NCBI GenBank assembly: GCA_021613535.1
Contig: CP075494.1
Location: 3,782,001-3,846,000, forward strand
Length of the DNA stretch: 64,000 nucleotides
From: Adineta vaga
Taxonomy: Eukaryota > Animalia > Rotifera
Direction: 5' to 3'
A program made the translations under genes and the position numbers. The stretch's first letter is position 1. The number at the start of each line of letters is the position of its first letter. A model generated the notes under the pieces. It was not told the origin of the DNA, searched no databases, and saw nothing but the letters and a program-made list of their open reading frames with translations. This document shows positions 49,897 through 61,345 of the stretch, piece after piece.

Positions 49897-52421
49897 AAGC
49901 GTAAGCATCTGAATCATTTGAGGGTGTGGATGAAAGCGCCCGAGTTTCTTCTTTATCTAAAGCTGATTTTAATGTAATATGAATAACTAGTTTATCATTG
50001 TTATGATCCATATCCGTACTTATGTAACCATTTAAGTTCTTCTCGAACTTTAATTTTGTGATGCCAAGGATTATTACTTAATGAATGTCCTTCATTTGGA
50101 AGAAGAAGTAGTTCTACTGGTATATTACGATAATAAAGTCCTCGTTCTAATAAATAACTTTGACTGGCAGGAACTCGTACATCATTATCACCAGTAACAA
50201 TATGTGTCGGTGTACGTACTAGATCTAAATGATAAATAGGTGATTCTTCTTGATATAAATGTGGTACATCCCATGGAAAACCTCCAAATATATTCTCAAT
50301 AAGTATAGGCATATCCAAAGTACCCCATGTCGAAGCATGATCAGTTGCACCAGCAGCAGATAGAGCAACATTGAAACGTTTCGTTTGTGTTATTAACCAA
50401 TTAGTTAGAAATCCACCATAGCTATAACCACCAACTGCAAGTTTTCTTGAATCAACAATTTCATCACGAATTAAACTATCAACTCCATAAAGAATATCTT
50501 TTCCAGGTAAAGTTAAAGGTCTTTGACGAATTTGATTAAAAAATTCATCACCATATCCCGTTGATCCACGATAATTCGGTTCTAAAACTAACCAACCTTG
50601 TGATGCTGCTAATGGAGCCCAATAACCTCCATTGTGATTCAGATGATTTATACTTGCAAGATATGGTCCACCATGAATAAGAACTAAAAGTGGAAGATTT
50701 TTTCTTTGATATTCTCCTGGTGGATAATGTAATATCCCTTCAATAGTTTGTCCATCATCTTTATTTATCCAAGTATATACAGTTCCTTGAGCTAAATCTC
50801 TCTGTGTAAATAATTGATTCTCATCTGTGATTGCTTGTGCTAATTGAAGTTGATTCATATTATCACTAAGATAAACTTCCATTGGTTTATTAAATGATGA
50901 ATGAACAAATCCAATCAAATCATTATTATTATTTGATATCACAAGTGATGCATATGTACCATTCCATCCATTATGATGAATTAAATTTTTTCTTGATAAT
51001 TGTTGTGTATAAATATGTACTTCGGTTCCTAATTGTCCAAGAATAAGAATATTTCCATCAGATTTTGATGCATATCCAACAATATTTCCATGAAAATTTT
51101 CTCCTATTTGATGCATTTGTCCATTGAATAAATTGATTGAATAAAGACGAGCTTGTGTATCATTGGATTTTCTTTTTGTTGAACGTAATGGTAATATTCG
51201 ATAGAGAATTTCTTTTCCATCATAAGATAATTGTAAATCTTCTTCAAATGCTTCATTTTCTGTTAATTTTGATATAAAAGATGAATTTCGAAGATCCATT
51301 GAATAAAGTTCAATATCTTCAATATTATCGATGATATTTTTTGTCGATGTAAACACAAGTTTTTCAACAGATGAAACGTAAATAAATTCATTGATTAAAA
51401 ATGAAACATTTCCAATGAAATTGATAGTTTCATTGAAATCTATTTGATAAATTCTATTGATTTGATTTCTTATATCTTTTCTAAATTGTATAACATCTTT
51501 CCATTGATCATCATTTGTTATTTTATTTGGAATCGTAACTAAATAAATTGATGAATCATTATTTGACCAAGTGAAAACTAGAGGAATTTCATTTCCAATA
51601 TTAATCGATAAAAATTTCATTGATAAAATCGAATAAATATAAAAATATTGAGATCTTGTTTTCTCAACATTTGTTAATGTATCATTCTTTAGAAATAAAC
51701 CAATATAATTTCCACTTGGTGACCATTTGGGTTTTATTGATGGATGAAGATTTTTTATTACTAATGTTTTTATTTGCGTATTTAAATTATAAATCCATAA
51801 ACTATCTTCAAAGGAATTATTCTTCCATAATGGATATCGTGTTTGTACAAGTAAATATTTGCCATTAGGTGAAAAACTTAATAATGGATATGTTGTATAA
51901 TCAAAAAATTCATCAAATGTTACTTTCAATTTGGTATTATTTGACGAACATGAACTTAATTTTAAAATAAGAAATAAACAAGACAATTTCAGAATTATCA
52001 TTATGAATATAAGGTTTACCCATATTTTTTTATCTGAATATATTCATATACATATTTATCTAAACTTTCGATCGGATTATGACAAAAACAAATATTTTCA
52101 TATGGTTTTATCGAAATGACCTTTTTTTATTCAGTCGATTTTCATTTCTATTTGCATTCAGAGTTAGGACAAGTACTCACACCTCTGCTTTAGTGTAAAA
52201 CACACCTATTCTGCATTTAAAGAAATAAACGGAAGTAAAAGGACTAAAGCGAGTGTATCGTTTCAGTGAAAAGTAAAACGGGATAAATTTAATTTTTCAG
52301 CAACCTCGCTCGATTCTTCGTTTCCGATCACTTCCATTCATCGCGAAAACAAACCGAGTGTCAAAAACCATAGTTTGAACAAACTGCACTCGCTGAAAGC
52401 GTAAACATCTGAATCATTTGA
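49897..52421. repeat. 25-bp direct repeat pair (49897-49921, 52397-52421) bracketing the S9 peptidase gene
   Basis: AAGCGTAA(G/A)CATCTGAATCATTTGA, 24/25 identical. Confidence 0.85.
50001..52001 (-). CDS. Secreted S9 (prolyl oligopeptidase/acylaminoacyl-peptidase-like) serine peptidase, intronless
   Basis: Signal-like N-terminus; LIHGGP, PNYRGSTGYG, GYSYGG (Ser), DVRVP (Asp), EGH (His). Confidence 0.92.
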   Translation of the reverse strand: MIILKLSCLFLILKLSSCSSNNTKLKVTFDEFFDYTTYPLLSFSPNGKYLLVQTRYPLWKNNSFEDSLWIYNLNTQIKTLVIKNLHPSIKPKWSPSGNYIGLFLKNDTLTNVEKTRSQYFYIYSILSMKFLSINIGNEIPLVFTWSNNDSSIYLVTIPNKITNDDQWKDVIQFRKDIRNQINRIYQIDFNETINFIGNVSFLINEFIYVSSVEKLVFTSTKNIIDNIEDIELYSMDLRNSSFISKLTENEAFEEDLQLSYDGKEILYRILPLRSTKRKSNDTQARLYSINLFNGQMHQIGENFHGNIVGYASKSDGNILILGQLGTEVHIYTQQLSRKNLIHHNGWNGTYASLVISNNNNDLIGFVHSSFNKPMEVYLSDNMNQLQLAQAITDENQLFTQRDLAQGTVYTWINKDDGQTIEGILHYPPGEYQRKNLPLLVLIHGGPYLASINHLNHNGGYWAPLAASQGWLVLEPNYRGSTGYGDEFFNQIRQRPLTLPGKDILYGVDSLIRDEIVDSRKLAVGGYSYGGFLTNWLITQTKRFNVALSAAGATDHASTWGTLDMPILIENIFGGFPWDVPHLYQEESPIYHLDLVRTPTHIVTGDNDVRVPASQSYLLERGLYYRNIPVELLLLPNEGHSLSNNPWHHKIKVREELKWLHKYGYGS

Positions 52422-52665
52422 CCAAATTTTATCTTGTCTCTCTTACTAATTTCTATCATTTGTTATATGATGGTAGTTATTTTTCGTTTTCTTCCACTGA
52501 TCGCATTCTTATCTTAAATATGTTATGAAATACACATTTTAACCAGATATATATGATTCATCTATTATTCTGATAACAACTTCATCTCTCTTGCACTTCA
52601 TAGGCCTCAGAAATATATATATATAAAGATCTTTTAACATTCATATATTCAGTAAAAAAACAAAC

Positions 52666-53525
52666 ATGATGATGTTCTTTTATTCATTGATCATAGTTAC
52701 CCTCTACAATCAAGTATCGTGCCAAATATCATGTTATGCTTGTTCACCATCATCCGAACATACAATTATCTTATTACAGCAGAAAATATACCAACAAAAT
52801 TGAATGATTGTCCAATTATAAGCAATCAATCAGAGTGTGTTATTAGTATGAGATGGTTTCTGAATAAGAATGTAACAGAACTTGATATGATACCTGAAAC
52901 ACGACATACAAGATCCAAATCATCGGAACATACAGTTACTGTCGATGCCATCTTAGGTAACAATGGATCGAGTCAAGAATTACAACATTCACTCTATTAT
53001 TTTTGTTCAACTGATAAATGCAATAGTCCTGTTATGTTGAAACGTTTACTTCAATCATTGACATTAACTGATCAATTTATGGAATTAAAAGATTTGTTGA
53101 AACCAAGTGCACAATTTGATGGTCATTGGTGTTTATTACTCTCGAATCAGACTACTGAAGCTTGTAAAGTACCTGTGATAGTAGATCGAAATGATTGTAA
53201 ACAATGTTCAACAACATTTACTACTGAATCGAAAAAGGATGGAACTATATGTGCTGGTTGTTATACCGATAGTATACATCAGGAATTTTTGGGTCGTGAA
53301 ATTCTATTTAATTTAACTGATCAGACACAAACAGAAATCGAAATGATTACTTGTCGATCACAAAATTGTAATGCAGTTCGTACGATCGATCTCATTCGTG
53401 AAAAAAGTAGGATGAATTTCGATTTTGTCAAGTTCCTCAATGGAGGCAGTAGAATGAATGCACTTACATCATTCAGTGGAACTATTATGATGTTAATGTT
53501 ATTCTTTGTCAAAGAAATTTTTTAA
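52666..53525 (+). CDS. Cys-rich surface protein (Ly6/uPAR-like; signal peptide plus GPI-like tail) with a frameshift near 52760
   Basis: MMMFFYSLIIVTLYNQVSCQISCYAC in one frame, continuing in the 52719 frame; CSTDKCN and CRSQNCN motifs; hydrophobic C-terminus. Confidence 0.6.
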
Positions 53526-53798
53526 ACAAATTTGAATAATCATATTCCTAAGAACATTAGAAAAGATTTGATTTTTATTTGAAATTGTGAGTATATAATT
53601 TTTCTGATATCTGTTCTATTAAATTAATGAAAAATGACGTCTTGGTGTGACTAAATAACCGTTTTCAAAATTGCACCGAGTATACAAATAGATAAACAAC
53701 TAATGTATTTACACGGCGAGCATTTGATGATTTGCATATAAAAGTTAATGTAAGTACCATATATAGAAACTTGGGGATTATCAAATCTGTGAGTCGTA

Positions 53799-54323
53799 TT
53801 AACCACCATATTCACCGACATTTTGGTCGGTTAATGAAATATTGATAATACCGTCGTAAATCATACAAACTATTACTGTATCGAACATTTCTATCGATTT
53901 GCTGACCGCGCCGTAAATTGACACAGATATGAAAATGACAATGAGATATCTGATCGGATGCTTTCTTATCGGCCAATTATAAAGAAAATTTAGATGATTT
54001 ACAGCTATCAATACAAAGACGGATTCACTACATCCAATTCTGGCTATTCCTTCTACGGAAAAATGACTTTCAACTACCAGAACGAAGATTCGCAATGCAA
54101 AATAAATTACAGTTAACCGAAAAGCGCCAGTTTCTGGTTCGCTTTCAATTCCGCACATAAATTGCAGAATTGGATTTGCACCTATATGAACAATACTAGC
54201 ATACAAGAAGATAGACGTGATAAAATGATACCACTGATTAGCACTATGAGAAGGAGAATCAGCATGACATACATCTTGCCCAAGGAAAAGATTGATACGA
54301 TTAAAATAAACCATGGACGACAA
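53799..54323 (-). pseudogene. Degenerate rhomboid-family fragment
   Basis: NQWYHFITSIFLYASIVHIGAN..G..E..TG..R...IY..IGCS..F resembles rhomboid QxWRxxTxxFLHAxxxHxxxN...GxSG; truncated. Confidence 0.65.
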
Positions 54324-54471
54324 TGTGTTTTTAAAATGAGATTGAGATTTTCTATGAAGGTGATAGTCGCATTTATTCTGATTTGTGTGAGTAATGAATT
54401 GTAATTCGATGGCATGATTTATCTATCCAGCTGAGTAACTTGGACTATATGAATAAGAACTGGTTGACATT

Positions 54472-54627
54472 GGGTGAACTACGTTTCGTCTCACTCTTTA
54501 CGGACATCTGGCAGTGTGACCGGATGTTCGGAATCAAAAAAAATTTTACGATTTTTCGCAGGAGTTCGTGACAGACATCTGCTACCGGAGTCCGTAAGGA
54601 CGATGTGAGACTAAATGTAGTTTTCCC
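54472..54627. mobile_element. 156-bp MITE with GG termini and 8-bp TSD (Merlin-like)
   Basis: GGGTGAACTACGTTTCGTCTCAC..TTACGGAC vs inverted GGGAAAACTACATTTAGTCTCAC..TTACGGAC; flanks TTGACATT (54464-54471) and TTGACAAT (54628-54635). Confidence 0.75.
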
Positions 54628-55186
54628 TTGACAATCGATAATGAATGATCAATCTTTTTCACATTTGATAAGGAACGTTTATTTTACAACAATTATCAGA
54701 CATGTCAGACTGTTCTACAAATTAATTTCAAGGAATCTACTTCTTGAACATGTGTCTTCTGATGTTGCTTATTCGTGTGAATCAAATAAATGAAGGACGA
54801 CATAAAAGCTACACGGTTAGGTAAACAATGTTGGCAAAAATCAAGTGTATGACGGAGAAAAAAATACAAAATAAATACATGATTTTGAAAAATAAAGAAG
54901 AGAAAAAAATATCTCTATATAAATAAATTTGTTTCAGCCTACGAAATTTCATCATTCAGAATGAATATAGTGTGTCAAAAAAATTGTACAGTCGGTATAT
55001 AAGAGAAGTAGGCAGTATAAGTGATGTCATATAATGTCATTAAGAGAAAAACGTGCCAAGGAAGAGCAGAACGCAAAAACGAAAGAAAATGTAATATTTT
55101 GCGTTATATATATATATATATCGAACATTGAATATTGGATTATTATTATTATTGGTTCCTTCCCAAATAAACTCGACGAACAAACG

Positions 55187-56338
55187 ATGCTGAAACTAAC
55201 TAAAAAGAATCGAAGTAATTTGAAGAAATTTTTATTGTTTTCTTTGAGAAAAACTAATATTTTATTTAGAGAGTATAGACTCAGAAGAAGTAAATATAAG
55301 AATCACTGAATCTCAAGCAAGATATGCACCAGAAACAAACATAATAATGACGAATTCATATTTAAAAAATAATGATGCTCCACAGGAACGTGATAATAAA
55401 ACTATTCAGAAAGGTAAAGAAGAATTTCACGCAACAAAACATAGTAAGACAATTTATTGTTAATGGAAAAGATAATTGATCCTATATTTTGAAGCAACAT
55501 CTAACCATTCTACCAAATCTTCTCGTGAAAGTTTTCCATATCAACCATCAGTTAAAGGTAAGTGTACAATAGATTAAGATATCGAAATTATCTAATAATT
55601 TGTTTATTTTTAGTTGATGATCGTCTTCAGAAAATAATTCTTAGGCATGAAATTCGAAAAGAATTAGCTGATCGTCTTCATGCACTTGCAAACTTTGAAA
55701 TTATTATCTTATGTGATGATTCAGGTTCAATGAATACACAAGTGGATGGCACAACACAAACACGTTGGGATGAACTTCGAGAATTTGTTAAAATTATTTT
55801 GGAAATTGGAACAATATTTGATTCATCGGGTGTCGATATTTATTTTCTTAATCGTGAACCCATTCCTAATGTGAAAAATCCTGAAAAAGTGAACCATATT
55901 TTCGATACACCACCAGCTGGTTATACACCATTAGTACCTGTTCTTAGACATATATTCAAATTACCAGCAACACGTCGAGGTAATGATAAAAAAGCGCTAG
56001 TCTTTGTTGCAACTGATGGAGCACCAACGGATGATGAAGGAAATGTGAATGTTAATGAACTTAAAACTCTTATGAATTCAGAACGTCGAATAGATACGAC
56101 TTTTATTATGTTCCTAATTTGTACAGATGATCCTGCTTGTGTAGATTATTTGAATGATTGGGATAAGACAATGACGAATGTTGACGTCACAGATGATTAC
56201 AAAACTGAAAGAGAGAAAATACAAGGATATCAAGGTAAAGATTATCCATTTTCAAAAGGTGATTATATCGTTAAAGCATTAATTGGTGCAATTGATCGTA
56301 AAATGGACGATCTCAATGAAAAAGTTGTACAGTTTTAG
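55187..56338 (+). CDS. von Willebrand A (MIDAS) domain protein, multi-exon
   Basis: LCDDSGSM (DxSxS), TRWDEL, GYTPL, VATDGAP; short upstream exons with GT-AG introns. Confidence 0.8.
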
Positions 56339-56631
56339 ATTGAAGATATGATTTGAACGTATTCCAAAGTACTACTAATTTGTTTTGTAAATTGCTGATG
56401 AAACAATTTCTTTTGTTTTGCTGTATTTTTGTACGATGTTTGATCAATAAATAAATATGAGGATAGAGAAAAAAGAAGAAAGATCACTGTAAATATTTAA
56501 ACTAAAATGCCCATTTCTAATCTTTTTCTGTATGTCAGTGTTATCAGTGTAACATGTGAGAAAAAAAGAGACTTCATACATTTCTTTTCGGTATAGGTAA
56601 TAAATGCAAATAGTTGACTAAAACATAAAAG

Positions 56632-57711
56632 ATGGAGAATGAAATCAAGAATGAAGAATTTGTTTTATCGACTCGTCCTTCGGATCAAAATGAAGTCAAA
56701 TCAACTTGGAAACTACAATCATGTCCAATGCCAACAATAACCAATAAAAATGAATTTATATTGAAAACTTTATATGTTTCAGTCGATCCTTATCTTAGTA
56801 GTGGTATAAAAAAATCAGCGTTAGGTGGTGATATAAATCCAATTGGTTCTGTTCAAGTATCAGGTTTAGTTGGTCGTGTGATTGAAAGTAACAATTCAAA
56901 TATTCCAGTTGATACAATTGTTATAGGAAGAATGGCATGGAGAAAGTATATCCTTGCTAATGGTACAGAACCAAGATTTCGAATTCTTCAAACATCAACA
57001 GAAAAAAATACTATTTATGATCAAATTGGTTTGAGTACGGCAATTGGAGTCATGGGAATGCCTTCACAAACAGCGTACTATGGAATATTATCTGTTGCTA
57101 ATACTAAACCATCGGATGTTTTGGTAATCAGTGGAGCTGCAGGAGCTGTTGGAACAATTGCTGGACAGATTGCCAAGAAAATTCGAGGTGCTCAAAAAGT
57201 TATTGGAATTGCTGGTGGAGAAAAAAAATGTGATTATCTTGTCAATGAATTGGGATTCGATGCTGCGATAAATTATAAAGAATATAATACGAAAGAGAAA
57301 ATGATTGAACGATTGAAAGAATTAACGCCAGAAGGTATTACACAATATTTTGATAATACAGGTGGATTTGTCACTGATGCTATATTTGATATTATTCAAC
57401 GACATGGTAAAATTATAATTTGTGGTCAAATTAGTACTTATAATAATAGTGAAGATGATCCATCGAAAATGAATATTTATCCAAATTATTTAGCAAAAAC
57501 AATCTATCGTGGTTTATCAATTTTAGGTTTTGTATGCAGTGATTTTATTCATCGAAATGAAGAAGAATTCTATAAGGATATGCCTCAATGGTTAGAACAA
57601 GGAAAAATTAAATTTCATGAAACTTTTGTGGATGGATTTGAAAATTTACCACGAGCTTATGAAATGCTTTTTACAGGTGAAAATATTGGAAAAATTGTTG
57701 TTCGAGTTTAG
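56632..57711 (+). CDS. NADP-dependent alkenal/prostaglandin reductase (MDR family), intronless
   Basis: YVSVDPY, GMPSQTAYYG, SGAAGAVG..AGQIAK, YFDNTGG, CGQISTYN, GENIGKIVV. Confidence 0.92.
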   Translation: MENEIKNEEFVLSTRPSDQNEVKSTWKLQSCPMPTITNKNEFILKTLYVSVDPYLSSGIKKSALGGDINPIGSVQVSGLVGRVIESNNSNIPVDTIVIGRMAWRKYILANGTEPRFRILQTSTEKNTIYDQIGLSTAIGVMGMPSQTAYYGILSVANTKPSDVLVISGAAGAVGTIAGQIAKKIRGAQKVIGIAGGEKKCDYLVNELGFDAAINYKEYNTKEKMIERLKELTPEGITQYFDNTGGFVTDAIFDIIQRHGKIIICGQISTYNNSEDDPSKMNIYPNYLAKTIYRGLSILGFVCSDFIHRNEEEFYKDMPQWLEQGKIKFHETFVDGFENLPRAYEMLFTGENIGKIVVRV

Positions 57712-58216
57712 ATTTGATAACATTTTCGAATATGTTTAAAAGTCATTCATGCTAATGTGAATTCTTCTATTTATTGAATTTGATATTCAGAATGTGATGA
57801 GTAAACAAAATCATTGATTTTTAAAGAAATATAAGAAAACTACAACAGAATCGAATATACCCATAATAATCGCAATAAAATACTTGTTGCTAAATGAAGG
57901 CAGAGCACAGATAAGACGAGAAACAATGACTGAAGTTATGCCATACAAAACGGAATAAAAAAGTAGCACGTATATTAAAGTAAATCGTGTGTCTGGAATA
58001 AAATCGAACATTGTAATGTTAAAAATAAAAGTTATTAAACTACGTATAGCGAAAGAAATGTAATATATGAAAAGATACAAGCTTATTGATGAAGATAGTG
58101 TATTACTTCCCTCGGAAAGAATGAATAGAGACTCCTTCCAAAGTAATTTCAAATGCGACAAAGAAAATCCAATTCCAAATGATTTAATCGGCTATATAAT
58201 AATAAAACAGTTCAGT

Positions 58217-59912
58217 TTAATGATATATTATTATAGGAAAAAGACTTACTTCTGCTCGAATCCACCAATGAATACCGTTTAGTTCATTAAATTCAGATGA
58301 ATGAAAAATTCGACAGGTAAAATTATCCTCTACAAGTCGCCATGTCATTAAAGTAATTAACTTTTGATGATCATAAATAATTGTCTCTGAAAATGGTAAA
58401 CATTTATAATGAAAAGATATATTCTCTATATATTTAAATTTCTTCACAACAAGAACCATATGTTCTATAGAGAAGTCCTCAGAATAAGTTATTATGAGAT
58501 GTTTGAGAGATGGAAATATATGTGCTAATGTTTTAATTGAATTTGCAAGATTTTTAGCTTCACATTCAATATAAATATCAAGTTTTTGGATTTGTTGAAA
58601 CTGATAACCTTTGATCTTTTCAAGCATAACAATTGTAACAAATACCATTTCACATTCACGAATATAGGGAAATTTATATTCTAATGGAATGCATTCTAGT
58701 AGATCAAAGATACTATCTACATGCAAATGTGTCATTTCTTTTCGTTGATCAACAGAATTGTGTTGTGCTTTAGAATGAGATACTTGTGAATAACCGTTTA
58801 ATACATTGTTACGCGTGTGAGGTTCAGCATACAAACACCTGCTTTTATAATTCACAAACAAACGTTTTTCTTCTAACCAAAATGATGTTCGAAATGATCG
58901 AAGTTTTTCATTAACTGACATAAGTGTTATATGAAATCTGAAAAGAAATGTAGTATAATCACTTGTTAACTTTTGCCATCGATATCCATTACAAAGATCC
59001 TCGGATCCTTTTAAATCTAATTTGACATGTTTCAGATAAGGTAGTTGTGGTAAAAAGTATTCCATTTCATTCATTGATATTGGACAGTCTACAAAATAAA
59101 ACAACAATCTTTTAGTCTTATGTGATTATTCAGAATTGCTAATGTTTACTTTCAATTTTCAGATCAAGTCGTGTAAGACGTGATGATGTTGAAGAAATGT
59201 CCAAGTTTGGTGTCTGAAGTTTGAGACAAATAGCAAGTGATTGAAGTTGTAGTGCATTTTTAAAAATGACTTTTAGTTCATCCAGTGAGCATGTATCAAG
59301 TTTTAAATAATGAAGAGATAAAAGTACTATTGAATGAAGAACATGACCACTATGTAAATATAAACGGTTAACTTGAGGTAACACGCGTGGATAAATACTA
59401 GATAAAAGTAAATCTATTTTCTTTGATATATCTGTATAATGATTAGATCGTGTTGGATATTTTTTTCGAATTGAGTTAACATTAAATGAAAATGAATGTA
59501 ATTGATCGAGTTTATGTAAATTTGACAAGATCAATTCCACCGATTCGTATTCAATTTCGATCAATTTTAATGATCGAAGTTTTACGAATTGTTCGATTCG
59601 AAATCGAGAAAGAAACATTTTTGATAGACCAGGTGTATCTTTATCGTCGCAAAGAGTAAGCGAAATAACTTGTTCGGGATGAATTCGATGACATATAAGG
59701 TCAAAAGAAGTTTTTCTAATTGATTTAAAATTGACATGATAAGCCGAATACTCGCGTACAACAGCATTAACACGATCACTGACATCAACAAAAATTAGAA
59801 AAATTTCATGTGCCAAAAAATAAGTAAATAAGGTATATAATAATTCAGTCGGTAAATGATCAAAAACACATGTTTTCGAGTTTCTATTTCTTAGACGAAT
59901 AATAAATGACAA
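58217..59912 (-). CDS. F-box-like plus degenerate leucine-rich repeat protein, multi-exon (3' end approximate)
   Basis: VFDHLPTELLYTLFTYF, VISLTL.D..DTPG...FL..F, DLCNGYRWQ, SFRTSFWLEEK; intron ~59088-59145. Confidence 0.75.
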
Positions 59913-61345
59913 TATTACGTCGACATCATCATTGACTGATCAAATCATAAGACTAAAGTGGGTTTTTTTTCTTTTGTTCTTATCTATACTGATGTGTATG
60001 CCATATAAATCCCGTATGAAATCTTTTTCACTCTAAACGCGTTTAGGTATTTTTGCAAAAAATAGCTTCTATTCGCGCAGATATGACCTGCGTCATCTTT
60101 CTTCCAGACTCATCGAATAGGACATTTGAGTATTAGTTAATAGAATGAATTTCTATTATATACTTATAAATGATAAAGTCTTGGAGGTTTGATTGAATAT
60201 GAAAACAATTTGATAGATTACTAAAAGATATTTGTATTTCTCGAAGTAATAATTATGTGAATAATATTTATCGATAACCATATCTGTCTAATATTTATTT
60301 TCTTCGATGAATTTCCTTTGATTCTTATTTGTTATAATTCCTAGGAATAGTTTTTAAAGAACGCTCTCCATTTAACTCTATCTCTACAATTTTCATTTTT
60401 GAAGTAAACAATATTTCGATCTCTTTTCGAATAAAGAATCTCTGAGATTATTATTGCCATTTTTATTTTCGTGAAAACTATGTATAAGTATTTCGTACAT
60501 TCAATGTTACTGAGATAACAGGAGACTTTATTTTACAAAAGGAAAAAACCATAGGGAACAATTGGAACAAATGAATGAGAAAAAAATTAAACGTCCTCGA
60601 AAGGTTTTATTTACTGAAATAAGAATAACATATCGATTTCTCTCTAATCAATGCACCATCTATACCAGATATGGCAGGACAAGAAAACGCTTTACCTTAA
60701 GTATTTTCTCCATCTGAACGAACCTATACAAGAAGTTGATTGAAGTTTCTCCTACTGCTGCTATATGTCTACTATTTTTAATTGATTATACATGAGAAAG
60801 ATCAACATATATTTCATTAGTAAAGGATGGAATTTTGCAGTTAATCATCTTTATTCATCATTGATTCTCTACTGATTAGATTCTTTGTACTATCAGTAGA
60901 ATATCTACTATTTAGTCATACTCTCATCCATGATTCATTTTATTACAATTACGAAATACTTAAGAGTATTTTACAAGAATAATCAAAAGTTCGAAGTACT
61001 CAATGCAGTGTATTTTTTATCCTGCATATATTGTAGTGCTAACTTCTACTAATAAGGTTTCGCGTACGTACGAACTACCTTGAAAAGAGATATGAAACCA
61101 GAGAACAGAAGAAAAATGAGATAAAAATAACAAAGGTCATATTTTCGACTCTGAAATATGACATAAATTCATTTGCAGAAAGCAAAAGAACGTACAAAGT
61201 ACGATTGTCAGTTAATATATAAATAGATGACAATAATTTTAATTTTTAAAATCTCATATTGGGATCAAAGAATAACTATTCTTTTTATTTTTTTCACAAA
61301 AATTTCCAATATTCATCTATACTTGCTTCGTTCTAAAACAATACA

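Noticed and set aside
52160-52445. Possible MITE with AGAG...ACAAG ends
   Set aside because: Inverted match too weak and no TSD; kept only as an alternative explanation of the 25-bp repeat
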